Shown here: positions 51,865 to 64,000 of the stretch, in pieces | How the letters are laid out: every line of letters begins with the position of its first letter | Position numbering within the stretch: the stretch's first letter is position 1 | Source: an uncultured Alphaproteobacteria bacterium | GTDB taxonomy: Bacteria; Pseudomonadota; Alphaproteobacteria; Methylaequorales; Methylaequoraceae | Direction: 5' to 3' | Length of the DNA: 64,000 nt | Assembly (NCBI GenBank): GCA_902526175.1 | Contig: CABZJY010000004.1 | Span: 64,174 to 128,173 of the forward strand | Program-made: the position numbers and the translations under genes | The notes under the pieces: generated by a model | The model's input: only the letters and a program-made list of their open reading frames with translations | The model's database searches: none | What the model was told of the DNA's origin: nothing

Positions 51865-53943
51865 TTATCCAGAAACTTTTTCTTTAACTTCTTCAGCAAC
51901 ATTTTGAGGTACTTGCTCATAATGATCAAAGGTCATTGTATAACTTGCTCTACCTTGACTCATAGAACGAAGATTATTAACATAGCCAAACATATTTGCC
52001 AAAGGAACCATAGAGTTCACAACATGATTAACACCCCTTTGTTCCATACCGGAGACTTGTCCTCTTCTTGAATTTAAATCACCAATTATATCCCCCATAT
52101 ACTCTTCAGGTGTAACAACTTCTACTTTCATCATAGGTTCTAACAGCACTGCCTTAGCTTTTGGCATAGCTTCACGAAACGCTGCTCTTGCCGCAATTTC
52201 AAATGCCATAACACTTGAATCAACATCATGGTAAGCCCCGTCGACAAGCTTGCATTTAAAATCTATGACTGGAAAACCGGCTAAAAATCCTGACTCTGTT
52301 GATAGTTTAATTCCTTTTTCAACACCTGGTATATACTCCTTTGGAACACGACCTCCAACAATCTTACTTTCAAACATTACACCACTACCTTTTTCTAATG
52401 GTTCAAATTCAAGCACTATTTTTGCAAATTGCCCAGCACCGCCAGATTGTTTCTTATGAGTGTAATCAACTGTTGTCGGGTTTGTTATTGTTTCTCTGTA
52501 GGCGACCTGAGGAGCACCAACAGAGGCATCTACTTTGAATTCTCTTTGCATTCTATCAACAAGTATTTCAAGATGAAGCTCCCCCATACCCTTCATGACA
52601 GTTTGCCCAGATTCGTGATCGACACTTACTTTGAAAGAGGGATCCTCAGCAGCTAATCTTTGTAACGCAATACTCATTTTTTCTTGATCAGCCTTAGTTT
52701 TAGGCTCAACAGCCACTTCAATCACAGGATCTGGAAATTCCATTCTTTCTAATATGACTCCTTTTTCTGAGTCGCAAAGTGTATCACCTGTTGTTGTATC
52801 TTTTAAACCTGCAACTGCAATAATATCACCTGCATAAGCGGTTTTAATATCTTCTCTTGAATTAGAGTGCATTTGTAACATTCTACCAAATCTCTCTTTT
52901 TTATCTTTGACAGAATTTAATACCGAAGATCCTGCTTCAACAGAGCCAGAGTAAACTCTCATAAATGTTAAACTGCCAACAAACGGATCATTCATTATTT
53001 TAAAGGCTAAAGCAGAAAATGGTTCTGAATCCGAACTTTTTCTAATCTCAACATCTTCACTTTTATATTTAATACCTTTTATAGCAGGTACATCCAGTGG
53101 AGAAGGAAGAAAATCTATCACAGAATCAAGCATTGGCTGAACACCTTTATTTTTGAAGGCACTTCCACATAGAACTGCAACAAACTTTGATTCAATTGTC
53201 CCTTTTCTAATTAAATTTTTAATTTGTTCTTCACTAGGCATCTGTCCTTCCAAATACTTTTCCATAATCGAATCGTCCATTTCAACTATAGTTTCTATCA
53301 ATTCTTCTCTATATTTTTTTGATTTTTCAAGCAAATCAGATGGTATCTCACTGTAATTAAACTTTGCACCTAAAGATTCGTCTTCCCAAATAATGGCTTG
53401 CATCTTAATTAAATCAACACAACCTCTAAAGTCTGCTTCTGAGCCAATTGGCAGTTGAATTACAAGTGGTACAGCTCCAAGTCTATCTTTAATCATTTCT
53501 ACACATCGATAAAAATTTGCACCAGTTCTATCCATTTTGTTAACAAAACACATTCTCGGGACACCATATTTGTCTGCTTGTCTCCAAACAGTTTCTGACT
53601 GAGGCTCAACTCCAGCCACTGAATCAAATACACAAACTGCTCCGTCTAAAACACGTAAAGATCTCTCAACCTCAATGGTAAAATCTACATGTCCAGGTGT
53701 ATCAATTATGTTAATTCTCTTGTCATTCCAAAAACAGGTCGTAGCAGCAGAAGTTATTGTAATCCCTCGCTCTTGTTCCTGCTCCATCCAATCCATAGTA
53801 GCTGCTCCATCGTGAACCTCACCTATTTTATGAGACACTCCAGTGTAATATAAAATTCTTTCAGTTGTGGTTGTTTTTCCGGCATCAATATGTGCCATTA
53901 TACCAATATTTCTATAATCTTTTAATTCGGTTTTTCTTGTCAT
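51865..53943 (-). CDS. fusA: elongation factor G
   Basis: 692 aa with [24 protein letters not shown]. Confidence 0.98.
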   Translation of the reverse strand: MTRKTELKDYRNIGIMAHIDAGKTTTTERILYYTGVSHKIGEVHDGAATMDWMEQEQERGITITSAATTCFWNDKRINIIDTPGHVDFTIEVERSLRVLDGAVCVFDSVAGVEPQSETVWRQADKYGVPRMCFVNKMDRTGANFYRCVEMIKDRLGAVPLVIQLPIGSEADFRGCVDLIKMQAIIWEDESLGAKFNYSEIPSDLLEKSKKYREELIETIVEMDDSIMEKYLEGQMPSEEQIKNLIRKGTIESKFVAVLCGSAFKNKGVQPMLDSVIDFLPSPLDVPAIKGIKYKSEDVEIRKSSDSEPFSALAFKIMNDPFVGSLTFMRVYSGSVEAGSSVLNSVKDKKERFGRMLQMHSNSREDIKTAYAGDIIAVAGLKDTTTGDTLCDSEKGVILERMEFPDPVIEVAVEPKTKADQEKMSIALQRLAAEDPSFKVSVDHESGQTVMKGMGELHLEILVDRMQREFKVDASVGAPQVAYRETITNPTTVDYTHKKQSGGAGQFAKIVLEFEPLEKGSGVMFESKIVGGRVPKEYIPGVEKGIKLSTESGFLAGFPVIDFKCKLVDGAYHDVDSSVMAFEIAARAAFREAMPKAKAVLLEPMMKVEVVTPEEYMGDIIGDLNSRRGQVSGMEQRGVNHVVNSMVPLANMFGYVNNLRSMSQGRASYTMTFDHYEQVPQNVAEEVKEKVSG

Positions 53944-53944
53944 T

Positions 53945-54415
53945 TTACCACCTGTAATGAGAAAAAGCTCTGTTTGCCTCGGCCATTTTATGAGTGTCTT
54001 CTCTTTTTTTTACTGAATTACCCTTGTTTTCAAAAGCATCAACTAGTTCAGCAGATAATCTTTCAATCATAGTTTTTTCATTTCTGTTTCTTGAAGCATT
54101 TACAAGCCATCTTATGGCCAAAGCTTGGGCTCGGTCTGCTTTTACCTCTACAGGTACTTGATAAGTTGCCCCGCCAACCCTTCTAGATCTAACTTCTATA
54201 CCAGGCTTTACGTTATTTAGTGCACCACTAAAAATTTCAATTGGTTCTTTTTTAACGACAGTTTTAGCTTTATCAAGAGCTTTATATACAATTTTTTCAG
54301 CGAGTGACTTTTTTCCATCAACCATTAAAATGTTTATAAATTTTGTAAGTACCAAGTCATTAAATTTAGGATCTGGATAAATACTTCTTTTTTCTGCAGC
54401 TCTTCTTCTAGACAT
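53945..54415 (-). CDS. rpsG: 30S ribosomal protein S7
   Basis: Conserved sequence and operon position. Confidence 0.97.
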   Translation of the reverse strand: MSRRRAAEKRSIYPDPKFNDLVLTKFINILMVDGKKSLAEKIVYKALDKAKTVVKKEPIEIFSGALNNVKPGIEVRSRRVGGATYQVPVEVKADRAQALAIRWLVNASRNRNEKTMIERLSAELVDAFENKGNSVKKREDTHKMAEANRAFSHYRW

Positions 54416-54786
54416 TATTTTGGCCTCTTTGCACCATACTTGGATCTTCTTTGTTTTCTATCTTTAACACCTTCTGTATCAAGTATACCTCTTAAAACAT
54501 GATATCTAACACCTGGTAAGTCTTTCACTCTTCCTCCTCTTATTAAAACTACTGAATGCTCTTGCAGATTATGTCCTTCACCAGGAATATAACTTGTTAC
54601 CTCAAATCCATTAGTTAACTTAACCCTTGCCACCTTTCTTAGTGCTGAGTTTGGTTTTTTAGGTGTTGTCGTGTAAACCCTTGTGCAAACTCCTCTTTTT
54701 TGAGGAGAAGCATTTAGAGCTGGTACCTTATTTCTTTTTTGTTGTTTCGCTCTAGGAGAACGAATCAACTGATTAATTGTTGGCAT
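54415..54786 (-). CDS. rpsL: 30S ribosomal protein S12
   Basis: MPTINQLIR start and [10 protein letters not shown]. Confidence 0.98.
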   Translation of the reverse strand: MPTINQLIRSPRAKQQKRNKVPALNASPQKRGVCTRVYTTTPKKPNSALRKVARVKLTNGFEVTSYIPGEGHNLQEHSVVLIRGGRVKDLPGVRYHVLRGILDTEGVKDRKQRRSKYGAKRPK

Positions 54787-54850
54787 TATCTTTCCTTAAT
54801 TAAACTGTTATTGTGTTTGGTTTACACCACTACCAATACAATTAATCCGG

Positions 54851-54878
54851 ATATTAATACATCTTAGAAATCAGTCAA
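54851..54878 (-). promoter_or_regulatory. candidate sigma70 promoter of the str operon
   Basis: Minus strand TTGACT-N16-TAATAT, ~65 nt upstream of the rpsL ATG. Confidence 0.5.
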
Positions 54879-54906
54879 CAAAAGAATTATATATTTTCAA
54901 AAAAAA

Positions 54907-57900
54907 TTAATTAGAGGAACTTTGAATCTCTTGATCCTCTGATGATTTTAGAAGTTCCTTATCTTTTTTATTAGCTTCTATCTTTGCTTGGGCTAAAAAT
55001 GAACCCGTGCCACAAGGAACTAATCTTCCTACAATTACATTTTCTTTTAAACCAACTAAACTGTCAATTTTTCCTGAAACAGAAGCTTCTGTAAGAACTC
55101 TGGTAGTTTCCTGAAATGATGCTGCAGAAATAAAACTGTCAGTTTGAAGAGAAGCTTTTGTAATCCCCAGTAATAATGGTGTACCAGTTGCCTCTTTTTG
55201 TTTTTGATTTTTTGTATTTGAATTAATCTGGTTAAGTTCAATCTTACTTATCTGCTCCCCAACAAGTAAAGTTGTATCACCAGGATCTGTAATTTCAACT
55301 TTCTGCATCATTTGCCTAATAATTACTTCAATATGTTTATCATTTATTTTAACTCCTTGAAGTCGATAAACATCCTGTACCTCTTTAATAAGATACTCAG
55401 AAAGAGCTTCCACCCCTTTAATACGAAGAATATCATGTGGAACTGCACTACCATCGACAAGCACATCTCCCACTTCAACATAATCACCCTCCTGAACAGA
55501 TAGATGTTTTGATTTCGAAATCACATATTCAGTTGGTTCAACTTTTTTGTCATCTGGAACAATCATAATTTTTCGTTTCATTTTATAATCTTTACCAAAT
55601 TCAATTTTCCCAGAAGTTTCTGCAATTATAGCATGATCTTTTGGAATCCTTGCTTCAAAAAGTTCTGCAACTCTTGGGAGACCACCGGTAATATCTTTTG
55701 TCTTTGATGATTCTTTTGGAACTCGGGCAATAAAATCACCTTCATTTATAATTTGTGAGTCAGATACTCCAAGGATAGAATCAACAGGAAGTTCATATGA
55801 AGCTGGACTACCATTATCAAGTTTTAAAATTTTACCACTTTTTTGCTTGTCGTGAATTTCAATTCTTGGGTTAATTGACTTATTTTTGGACTTTTGTTTC
55901 CAATCAATTATCATTTTACTAGATAAACCGGTTGACTCATCAATTACTTCTCTAGTTGAAACACCATCTTCAAGATCTTTTGCGACTACATAACCTTTCT
56001 TTTGAGCTATTATCGGCAGAGTAAATGGGTCCCATTCCGCTAAAATATCTCCTTTTGAAATTTTATCATTTTCTTTAACATTTAGCTTTGCTCCATATGG
56101 TAACCTGTGTTTAGCCTTTTCTTTTCCATCTTGATAAATACAAAGTTGAGAATTTCTAGATAAATTAATAGAATTATTATTGGAATCTTTAGCTAGAACT
56201 AGATTATGGTATTTTGCATCTCCATCTAGTTGAGATTCAATATTAGAAACCTCAGATCCCTTCTGAGCGGCTCCTCCAATATGAAAAGTTCTCATCGTAA
56301 GTTGTGTGCCTGGTTCTCCGATTGATTGTGCAGCAATAACACCAACGGCTTCTCCGATATTTACGGCGGTTCCTCTTGCTAAATCTCTCCCATAGCATTT
56401 AACACAAACACCAAATTTAGCCTCACAACTTAGTACCGACCTGATTTTGACCTCCTCAATATTTGCAGCTTCAATTAAAGGAATATGTTCTTCCGAAATA
56501 ATTTCTCCTTTGCTTGCTATTATTTTTTTTGCATTCTTATCCATTAAATCAACTGCTACAGTTCTACCTAGAATTTTATCGCTTAAAGAATCAACTACTT
56601 CACCTCCTTCAACAATTGCTCTAACAGAGATATAGTTTGAGGTAAAGCAATCATCGATAGTTACAATACAATCTTGGGCAACATCAACTAACCTTCTTGT
56701 TAAATACCCTGAATTAGCAGTTTTTAATGCTGTATCTGCTAAACCTTTTCTAGCCCCGTGTGTAGAATTAAAATATTCTAGTACTGTCAAACCTTCCTTA
56801 AAATTTGAAATTATTGGGTTTTCAATTATTTCGCCAGATGGTTTAGCCATAAGCCCTCTCATTCCTGAAAGCTGCTTGAGTTGAGCTGCTGATCCCCTCG
56901 CACCTGAATCTGCCATCATATATACTGAATTGACATTGTTTGTACCTTCTGACTCTTTTGGTATTAATTTATTCATCATCGAATCGGCAACATCATCTGT
57001 ACATTTTGCCCATGCATCAACTACTTTATTATATTTTTCACCTTTAGTTATTAAGCCTTCTGAATATTGCCTTTCGTAATTTTTTACTTGTTTAGAAGTT
57101 TGTTCTAATAATTCTTTTTTATTTTCAGGAATTATTAAATCATCTTTTCCAAAAGATATTCCTGCCTTGCAGGCTTCCTGAAAACCTAAATCCATTAGCT
57201 TGTCTGCAAAAATAACAGTTTGCTTTTGCCCACAATGTCTGTAGACCAGATCAATCGCATTACTTATTTCTTTTTTTGTTAATGTTTTATTTATTATATC
57301 AAAATTAATTTTGGGATGTTTTGGAAGAATTTCTCCAATCTTCATTCTACCGGGTGTTGTTTGAACAGTCACGTCAACACTTTCATAATTACTATTTAAT
57401 GTTGAATATCTTGCAACTATTTTTGATTGAAGAGTGACTATGTTGTTATCAAGTGCGATCTGAATTTCACCAATATTGCTGAAAAGCATTCCTTTACCTG
57501 GAGCACTTTCTGATTCAAGACTTAAGTAGTAAAGTCCTAAAATCATGTCTTGCGACGGAACAATAATAGGCTTACCATTTGCTGGAGAGAGAATATTATT
57601 AGTAGACATCATTAGAACCCTTGCCTCCAATTGAGCTTCAAGAGAAAGGGGTACATGCACTGCCATTTGATCTCCATCAAAATCAGCATTAAAAGCTGTA
57701 CAAACTAGTGGATGAAGTTGGATAGCTTTTCCTTCAATCAGTTTAGGTTCAAAAGCTTGGATACCTAATCTATGTAATGTGGGCGCTCTATTTAAAAGTA
57801 CTGGATGCTCTCTTATTACTTCAGCGAGAATATCCCAGACCTCCGGCCTTTCTTTTTCAACCATTTTTTTTGCAGCTTTGATGGTTGTAGCAAGATTATA

Positions 57901-59061
57901 TTTCTCTAGTTTTGAGTAAATAAAAGGTTTAAATAATTCGATTGCCATCTTTTTTGGAATACCACACTGATGAAGTTTTAACTCTGGACCAACAACAATT
58001 ACAGACCTACCAGAATAATCAACTCTTTTTCCTAACAGATTTTGTCTGAATCTTCCTTGTTTTCCTTTTAACATATCTGACAAAGACTTAAGTGGCCTCT
58101 TATTTGTCCCAGTAATTACTCTTCCTCTTCTGCCATTGTCAAATAAAGCATCTGCAGCTTCTTGTAACATTCTTTTCTCATTTCTCACTATAATTTCTGG
58201 CGCCTTTAAAGAAAGAAGTCTTTGTAATCTATTATTTCTATTAATTACTCTTCTATAAAGATCGTTTAGATCTGATGTGGCAAATCTTCCGCCATCAAGT
58301 GGCACAAGCGGTCTAAGTTCAGGGGGAATTACCGGAATTACATTTAATATCATCCATTCTGGCTTTAATTTGGATGTTTGAAAAGCCTCAATGAGCTTAA
58401 GTCGTTTTACCAATTTCTTTTTTTTAGTATCAGAATTAGTAGATTTTAGTTCTTCTCTAACAGTTTCTTTGTCTTTTTCTAAATCAACTTCGCTTAAAAG
58501 CTTTTGAATTGCTTCCGCCCCGATCATACTTTCAAACTCGTCTCCGAACTCTTCGACATAATTAGCATTTTCTTCTTCGCTTAAAATATCAAATTTTTTT
58601 AATCCTTTTACCATTCCAGGTTCAGTTACTATAAAACTTTCAAAATAAAGAACCTTTTCTAAATCTTTTAAAGTAATATCCAATAACAATCCAATTCGGC
58701 TTGGTAAGGATTTTAAAAACCAGATATGTGCTACAGGTGCAGCGAGATTAATATGCCCCATTCTTTCTCTTCTTACTTTAGTAACTGTAACTTCAACACC
58801 ACACTTTTCGCAAATAACACCCTTAAACTTCATTCTTTTATATTTGCCGCAAATACACTCATAATCCTTTATGGGTCCAAAAATTCTAGCACAAAAAAGA
58901 CCACTTCTTTCGGGTTTAAATGTTCTGTAATTTATAGTTTCTGGTTTCTTAATCTCTCCGTGAGACCAAGAAATCATATTTTCAGGGCTTGCAATAGAAA
59001 TTTTTATATGATCAAAATTATTAAAATTTGGTTTCTCTATAAATTTAATTACTTCATTCAT
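54907..59061 (-). CDS. rpoC: DNA-directed RNA polymerase beta' subunit
   Basis: Contains NADFDGDQM. Start placed at the ATG (MNEVIKF..) 6 nt after GGAG. The ORF-track start is a TTG abutting the rpoB stop. Confidence 0.97.
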   Translation of the reverse strand: MNEVIKFIEKPNFNNFDHIKISIASPENMISWSHGEIKKPETINYRTFKPERSGLFCARIFGPIKDYECICGKYKRMKFKGVICEKCGVEVTVTKVRRERMGHINLAAPVAHIWFLKSLPSRIGLLLDITLKDLEKVLYFESFIVTEPGMVKGLKKFDILSEEENANYVEEFGDEFESMIGAEAIQKLLSEVDLEKDKETVREELKSTNSDTKKKKLVKRLKLIEAFQTSKLKPEWMILNVIPVIPPELRPLVPLDGGRFATSDLNDLYRRVINRNNRLQRLLSLKAPEIIVRNEKRMLQEAADALFDNGRRGRVITGTNKRPLKSLSDMLKGKQGRFRQNLLGKRVDYSGRSVIVVGPELKLHQCGIPKKMAIELFKPFIYSKLEKYNLATTIKAAKKMVEKERPEVWDILAEVIREHPVLLNRAPTLHRLGIQAFEPKLIEGKAIQLHPLVCTAFNADFDGDQMAVHVPLSLEAQLEARVLMMSTNNILSPANGKPIIVPSQDMILGLYYLSLESESAPGKGMLFSNIGEIQIALDNNIVTLQSKIVARYSTLNSNYESVDVTVQTTPGRMKIGEILPKHPKINFDIINKTLTKKEISNAIDLVYRHCGQKQTVIFADKLMDLGFQEACKAGISFGKDDLIIPENKKELLEQTSKQVKNYERQYSEGLITKGEKYNKVVDAWAKCTDDVADSMMNKLIPKESEGTNNVNSVYMMADSGARGSAAQLKQLSGMRGLMAKPSGEIIENPIISNFKEGLTVLEYFNSTHGARKGLADTALKTANSGYLTRRLVDVAQDCIVTIDDCFTSNYISVRAIVEGGEVVDSLSDKILGRTVAVDLMDKNAKKIIASKGEIISEEHIPLIEAANIEEVKIRSVLSCEAKFGVCVKCYGRDLARGTAVNIGEAVGVIAAQSIGEPGTQLTMRTFHIGGAAQKGSEVSNIESQLDGDAKYHNLVLAKDSNNNSINLSRNSQLCIYQDGKEKAKHRLPYGAKLNVKENDKISKGDILAEWDPFTLPIIAQKKGYVVAKDLEDGVSTREVIDESTGLSSKMIIDWKQKSKNKSINPRIEIHDKQKSGKILKLDNGSPASYELPVDSILGVSDSQIINEGDFIARVPKESSKTKDITGGLPRVAELFEARIPKDHAIIAETSGKIEFGKDYKMKRKIMIVPDDKKVEPTEYVISKSKHLSVQEGDYVEVGDVLVDGSAVPHDILRIKGVEALSEYLIKEVQDVYRLQGVKINDKHIEVIIRQMMQKVEITDPGDTTLLVGEQISKIELNQINSNTKNQKQKEATGTPLLLGITKASLQTDSFISAASFQETTRVLTEASVSGKIDSLVGLKENVIVGRLVPCGTGSFLAQAKIEANKKDKELLKSSEDQEIQSSSN

Positions 59062-59073
59062 TAAAATCTCCAA

Positions 59074-62000
59074 TCAGTTTCTTTCTAAAAGTTCAACATT
59101 TAAACCGAGTGATTTAAGTTCCATTATCAAAACATTAAATGACTCAGGTATACCAGATTCAATATTATCATCACCTCTTACAATTGTTTCGTAAGCTTTA
59201 GTCCTTCCAGAAACATCATCTGATTTAACAGTTAACATTTCTTGCAGAGTGTAAGATGCTCCATAAGCTTCTAAAGCCCATACCTCCATTTCTCCAAATC
59301 TTTGGCCTCCAAATTGAGCTTTACCTCCTAAAGGTTGTTGAGTTACTAAACTGTAAGGACCAATTGAACGAGCGTGTATCTTATCATCAACAAGATGATG
59401 TAATTTTAACATGTAAATTTGTCCTACGGTAATTGGCCTATCAAAGTAAGTTCCTGTTCTACCGTCAATTAATCTCTTTTGTCCGCTAGTATTAGAGCCA
59501 GCTAATTCAAAATAATCATTAAGATTTTTTTCTTTAGCACCATCGAAAACTGGGGTCGCAAAAGGCACGCCATCTTTGAGATTTTTAGCATGATAGATCA
59601 ACCCATCTTTATCAAGTTTCCCAAACTTATTTTTAAATAAGTCTTCTCCATATACATCCTTAAATAAGTCTTTTAATTCCTTTACCTTATTTGTATCATC
59701 TGAAGCTTCTTGAGATAATTTATAAAATTTTTTTCCTAAGTCAACTGATGCTGCACCCAGATGTGTTTCAAGAATTTGACCAACATTCATTCTTGATGGG
59801 ACGCCTAAAGGGTTAAGAACTATATCTACTGGAGTTCCATCTTCCATATAGGGCATATCTTCTACAGGAATTATCCTCGAAATCACTCCTTTGTTTCCAT
59901 GACGACCTGACATTTTATCACCTGGTGCTAATTGTCTTTTCATTGCAACAAAGACTTTAATTAATTTCATAACACCTGGGAGTAGATCGTCCCCAGATTG
60001 AACTTTATCGACTTTATCTTTAAAATTATCATGCAATAAATTTAAGCTTTGATCAAAAGCATCGCATAAAGATTCAATTTTCTTCATCACATTATCATCT
60101 TTAATTTTTATATTCCTAATTTCTTTTAGAGTTAAATCTGAAATCATATCTGTTGAAATTTTTTTATTTTTGGCAAGCTTTGAAGTATTGCCATCTACAG
60201 TTTGGCCTTCAAAAATCTCAAGCAAACTATTTTTGAAGCTAGATTCCAATATATGTTTTTCATCTTCCATATCTTTGTGTAATTGTTCAATTTGCTGTCT
60301 TTCATTTGATAAAGCTCTTTCATCTTTATCAATTCCTCTTCTCGAAAAAACTCTTACCTCAACAATAGTTCCAGATACCCCAGGAGGTAATCGTAGAGAG
60401 GTATCTTTAACATCGGCAGCTTTTTCTCCAAAAATAGCTCTTAATAATTTTTCTTCAGGAGTCATTGGTGATTCACCCTTTGGTGTAACTTTACCAACAA
60501 GAATATCGCCTGGACTAACTTTTGCACCGATCTGAATTATTCCAGCCTCATCTAAATTTGTTAATGCTTCATCACCAACATTAGGAATGTCTCTTGTAAT
60601 TTCCTCTTGACCAAGTTTTGTATCCCTAGCCAAAACTTCAAATTCCTCAATATGAACAGATGTAAATACATCATCTACAACAATTTGCTCGGATATAAGT
60701 ATTGAATCTTCGTAGTTATAACCATTCCATGGCATAAAAGCTACAGTTACATTCTTACCAAGTGCAAGTTCACCTATTTTTGATGCTGGACCATCAGCGA
60801 TTATATCGTCTTTTTCTACATAATCACCAACATTTACAAGAGGTTTTTGATTAATACATGTATTTTGATTTGATCTTTGAAACTTACTCATTCTGTAAAT
60901 ATCAACACCTGTATCATTAGATTCTTTTTTGTCTGCTCTTATAACAATTCTCGATGAATCTACTTGATCCACTGTTCCTGATCTTCGAGCAACAACAACA
61001 ACACCTGAATCTCTTGCTACAACACTTTCCATGCCAGTACCGACAAAGGGCGCTTGAACCTTCAATAATGGGACTGCCTGTCTCATCATATTTGAACCCA
61101 TTAAAGCCCTATTTGCATCATCATTTTCAAGAAAAGGAATTAATGCAGCCGCAACAGAAACTAATTGTTTAGGAGAAACATCTATTAAATCAACCTTTTT
61201 TGGATCCACTAGTATGAACTCACCGTCTTTTCTACAAGATACAAGATCATTTTTAAATGAGCCATCATTCATAAGCTCTTCATTAGCCTGAGCTATAGTG
61301 TGATTGCCTTCATCCATTGCAGACAAATAAACCACGTCACTACTAACCTTTCCATTAGAAACTTTCCTATACGGTGTCTCAATAAATCCGTAGTTATTTA
61401 CTTTCGAATAGGTTGCTAATGAATTAATTAAACCAATGTTTGGTCCTTCTGGGGTTTCAATAGGACATATTCTTCCGTAATGCGTTGGATGCACATCTCT
61501 TACTTCAAAACCAGCTCTCTCCCTAGATAGTCCCCCAGGTCCGAGGGCTGAAAGCCTTCTTTTGTGAGTGATCTCAGACAATGGATTGGTTTGATCCATA
61601 AATTGCGATAGTTGGCTCTGTCCGAAAAATTCTCTGACAGAAGCTGATGCGGGTTTTGGATTAACAAGATCATTAGGCATTACAATTTCAATTTCAGCAT
61701 TACTCATTCTTTCTTTAATTGCTCGTTCCATTCTAATAACTCCAATAGTATACTGATTTTCAAGCAATTCTCCCACAGACCTTACTCGCCTGTTACCTAG
61801 ATGATCAATATCATCTATTTCGCCGAATCCATCTTTTAGTTCAGCAAGATACTTCACAATATGCAAAATATCATTAGGTACTAAAACTCTATTTTCTAAA
61901 TTATCACTATGTTTAAGTCTAGAATTAATTTTTAATCTTCCAACTGCAGACAGATCATATCTATCACGCTTGAAAAATAAATTTCTAAATAATTCATCTG

Positions 62001-63234
62001 CTGATTCAATTGTAGGAGGTTCCCCAGGCCTCATTACTTTGTAAATTTCAAATAATGCATCAACTCTGTTTTTATTTTTGTCCGCAAAAAAGGTATCCCT
62101 GACATAAGACCCCTGTCTATCATTATTAATATCAAGTATTTTGAACTCCTCGATATTTTCTTTATTTAAAAAATCTATTACTTCGTCATCTATTTCTGCA
62201 CCAGCTTCAAAATAAATAATACCGTTTTCTTTATTGAAAATATCTTCTGCTAAGAAATTACCCTTAATATCCTCATTCGATATAAAAGCTTCTTTAAGTG
62301 CCTTTTTTTCTACTTCTTTTGCCAAGACAACATTAAACTTACTGCCTTTCTCAGCAATAATTTTTCCATCTTCTGAATTAATAAGATCAAAATTTAATTT
62401 GGAGCCTATAAAGTCTTCTTTTTTGAATTTAAATTTCCACCCATTGTTTGTTTTAAAATAAGATTTAACAGAATAAAAAAAGTTATATAAATCCTCGTGT
62501 GAATACCCTGTAAGTTTATTTTGATCAATTTCAGAACCATTGCTTTTTTTTCTATACTCTTCAGAATTTTTGTTATCTAAAGCTAGTAATAAAGTGGAAG
62601 CTAAAATCTTTCTTCTTTTATCGATCCTTACATACATTAGGTCTTTTGCATCAAATTCAAAATCGATCCATGAGCCATTGTATGGAATTAATCTCGAGGC
62701 GAACAAAAACTTACCAGTTGAATGACTTTTGCCTTTATCGTGATCAAAAAAAACACCAGGTGATCTGTGCATTTGTGAAACAACAACTCTGGTAGTACCA
62801 TTGAATACGAAAGTGCCTTTATCAGTCATCAATGGCATGTCCCCTAAATAGACATCCTGTTCTTTTATATGCTTTATAGACTTGACTTCTGTTTCTTCAT
62901 CAATTTCCCAGATAATCAACCTTAACGTGACTTTTAGCAATGATGCAAAAGTGCCGCCCCTTTGTATGCATTCATCTACATCATATTTAGGGTCCTCAAG
63001 CTCATATTTTACAAATTGTAATTCTGCTTTTTCTGAAAAATCTCTTATTGGAAATACTTTCTTGAAAACAGCTTGCAATCCAATTTCATCACGATCTTCT
63101 GGTTTCACATCGCGTTGTAAAAAAAGCTCATAAGAATTCTTTTGTATCTCAAGAAGATTTGGCATTTTGGTAAGTTCTGGAATCTTTCCAAAACTTTTTC
63201 TGACATTATGTTTATGAACAAATGATTGTTTCAT
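59074..63234 (-). CDS. rpoB: DNA-directed RNA polymerase beta subunit
   Basis: 1386 aa with conserved blocks (e.g. [27 protein letters not shown]). Confidence 0.98.
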   Translation of the reverse strand: MKQSFVHKHNVRKSFGKIPELTKMPNLLEIQKNSYELFLQRDVKPEDRDEIGLQAVFKKVFPIRDFSEKAELQFVKYELEDPKYDVDECIQRGGTFASLLKVTLRLIIWEIDEETEVKSIKHIKEQDVYLGDMPLMTDKGTFVFNGTTRVVVSQMHRSPGVFFDHDKGKSHSTGKFLFASRLIPYNGSWIDFEFDAKDLMYVRIDKRRKILASTLLLALDNKNSEEYRKKSNGSEIDQNKLTGYSHEDLYNFFYSVKSYFKTNNGWKFKFKKEDFIGSKLNFDLINSEDGKIIAEKGSKFNVVLAKEVEKKALKEAFISNEDIKGNFLAEDIFNKENGIIYFEAGAEIDDEVIDFLNKENIEEFKILDINNDRQGSYVRDTFFADKNKNRVDALFEIYKVMRPGEPPTIESADELFRNLFFKRDRYDLSAVGRLKINSRLKHSDNLENRVLVPNDILHIVKYLAELKDGFGEIDDIDHLGNRRVRSVGELLENQYTIGVIRMERAIKERMSNAEIEIVMPNDLVNPKPASASVREFFGQSQLSQFMDQTNPLSEITHKRRLSALGPGGLSRERAGFEVRDVHPTHYGRICPIETPEGPNIGLINSLATYSKVNNYGFIETPYRKVSNGKVSSDVVYLSAMDEGNHTIAQANEELMNDGSFKNDLVSCRKDGEFILVDPKKVDLIDVSPKQLVSVAAALIPFLENDDANRALMGSNMMRQAVPLLKVQAPFVGTGMESVVARDSGVVVVARRSGTVDQVDSSRIVIRADKKESNDTGVDIYRMSKFQRSNQNTCINQKPLVNVGDYVEKDDIIADGPASKIGELALGKNVTVAFMPWNGYNYEDSILISEQIVVDDVFTSVHIEEFEVLARDTKLGQEEITRDIPNVGDEALTNLDEAGIIQIGAKVSPGDILVGKVTPKGESPMTPEEKLLRAIFGEKAADVKDTSLRLPPGVSGTIVEVRVFSRRGIDKDERALSNERQQIEQLHKDMEDEKHILESSFKNSLLEIFEGQTVDGNTSKLAKNKKISTDMISDLTLKEIRNIKIKDDNVMKKIESLCDAFDQSLNLLHDNFKDKVDKVQSGDDLLPGVMKLIKVFVAMKRQLAPGDKMSGRHGNKGVISRIIPVEDMPYMEDGTPVDIVLNPLGVPSRMNVGQILETHLGAASVDLGKKFYKLSQEASDDTNKVKELKDLFKDVYGEDLFKNKFGKLDKDGLIYHAKNLKDGVPFATPVFDGAKEKNLNDYFELAGSNTSGQKRLIDGRTGTYFDRPITVGQIYMLKLHHLVDDKIHARSIGPYSLVTQQPLGGKAQFGGQRFGEMEVWALEAYGASYTLQEMLTVKSDDVSGRTKAYETIVRGDDNIESGIPESFNVLIMELKSLGLNVELLERN

Positions 63235-63244
63235 GAAAATATAC

Positions 63245-63622
63245 CTATTTAAGTTCTACAGTAGCGCCAGCATCTTCCAGCTGTTTTTTAAATTTTTCTG
63301 CATCCTCCTTTCCAACCCCTGTTTTGATTTCTTTTGGTGCAGCTTCAACTAAATCTTTTGCCTCTTTTAAACCAAGACCAGTGATTGTTCTAACCTCTTT
63401 GATAACATTTATTTTTTTTTCACCAGATGCACTTAAGAAAACTGTAAATTCAGTTTTTTCTTCAGCAGCTGCTGTATCACCACCAGCAGCAGCAGGAGCG
63501 ACAGCGGCAACAGGTGCAGCAGCAGAAACTCCCCACTTTTCTTCTAAAATTTTTGTAAGTTCTGAAGCCTCAAGCACCGATAGATTCGATAAGTCTTCTA
63601 CTATTTTTTCCAAATTGGCCAT
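63245..63622 (-). CDS. rplL: 50S ribosomal protein L7/L12
   Basis: 125 aa with an Ala-rich hinge and a C-terminal [12 protein letters not shown]. Confidence 0.97.
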   Translation of the reverse strand: MANLEKIVEDLSNLSVLEASELTKILEEKWGVSAAAPVAAVAPAAAGGDTAAAEEKTEFTVFLSASGEKKINVIKEVRTITGLGLKEAKDLVEAAPKEIKTGVGKEDAEKFKKQLEDAGATVELK

Positions 63623-63640
63623 TATTTCTCCTTAGTTAAA

Positions 63641-64000
63641 GTTAGTTGTTGTTTTGTTCAGGTTTTTTATTTATTAGTCTGGTAAGAGATGATTGTGGTT
63701 CAGATATAATTCTAACTATATTTGACAGAGGGCTAGATATAAGACCAACTATTTTAGCCCTCAATTCATCCAAACTTGGTAAGCTTGCTAATGTTTTAAT
63801 TTCATCAACACTTAATTCTTTGTTACCAATTGCTCCACCTACAATCTTCAGATTTTCATTATTTTTAGAAAAGTCAAAAACTGCCTTTGCACACGAGGCA
63901 GGGTCATCAGAATAAGTGACTGCTACCGGACCATTAAAATATTTTTCAAGGGCCTCATAACATGTATCTTTTATAGCAATTTTTACAAGACTATTTTTTG
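63641..64000 (-). CDS. rplJ: 50S ribosomal protein L10 (3' part; 5' end beyond window)
   Basis: Hand translation of the minus strand gives ..GPVAVTYSDDPASCAKAVFDF..IVGGAIGNKELSVDEIKTLASLPSLDELRAKIVGLI..NNN*. This gene is absent from the ORF track because it has no start in the window. Confidence 0.85.

Noticed and set aside
51694-52071. 125-aa plus-strand ORF spanning the tuf-fusA junction. Similar antisense ORFs occur at 58726-59064, 60170-60535, 37956-38267, 45829-46134, 33207-33515, 63324-63635 and 63646-63915.
   Set aside because: All are antisense shadows of highly conserved genes (tuf/fusA, rpoC, rpoB, rpsK, rplP, pccB, rplL, rplJ) with no recognisable motifs.

Overview
Very AT-rich, tightly packed chromosomal segment. 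It looks like a SAR11/Pelagibacter-like marine alphaproteobacterium. That placement is an inference from composition, the secY-adk-rpsM-rpsK-rpoA-rplQ order and a Rickettsia-type 17-kDa antigen homologue. No rRNA, CRISPR array, transposase or integrase was seen.

Right-hand ~28 kb (36.4-64 kb, all minus strand): the rplJ(partial)-rplL-rpoB-rpoC block, the str operon (rpsL-rpsG-fusA-tuf), then the S10, spc and alpha ribosomal-protein operons.

Left-hand ~36 kb:
- a 5'-truncated ATP-dependent DNA ligase and a 17-kDa-antigen-like lipoprotein
- an MMPL/RND transporter divergent from a small-ORF / SRPBCC / YVTN beta-propeller string
- tkt-pgk-fba(class I)-rpe
- an RND efflux pair
- a long minus-strand block: HAD phosphatase, glucosyl-3-phosphoglycerate-synthase-like gene, GH13 sucrose-phosphorylase-like gene, a 150-nt spacer, then circularly permuted ATP-grasp, alpha-E and transglutaminase-like genes
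- a hydrolase, a photolyase-like gene and an SDR
- tRNA-His, an aminotransferase, glnB-glnA, an isochorismatase-like gene and gpx
- tRNA-Leu, pccA-pccB, an ATP12-like gene and rluC

Main hunt results:
1. The 150-nt spacer carries what I read as a glnA-motif glutamine riboswitch. It faces the uncharacterised ATP-grasp/alpha-E/transglutaminase triad and sits directly downstream of a glucosylglycerate-type compatible-solute cluster.
2. A TGGCAC-N5-CTGCA sigma54-type promoter lies inside the ORF-track 'N-terminus' of glnB.
3. The GpgS-like gene has no canonical start. It most likely begins at ATT, 6 nt after AAGGAG.
4. The beta-propeller gene is separated from its ATGA-coupled ATG and signal peptide by a T13 homopolymer, so one frame shift is needed.
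5. Several ribosomal proteins (S5, L22, L15, L3, L17) carry long K/N/E/S-rich low-complexity extensions.
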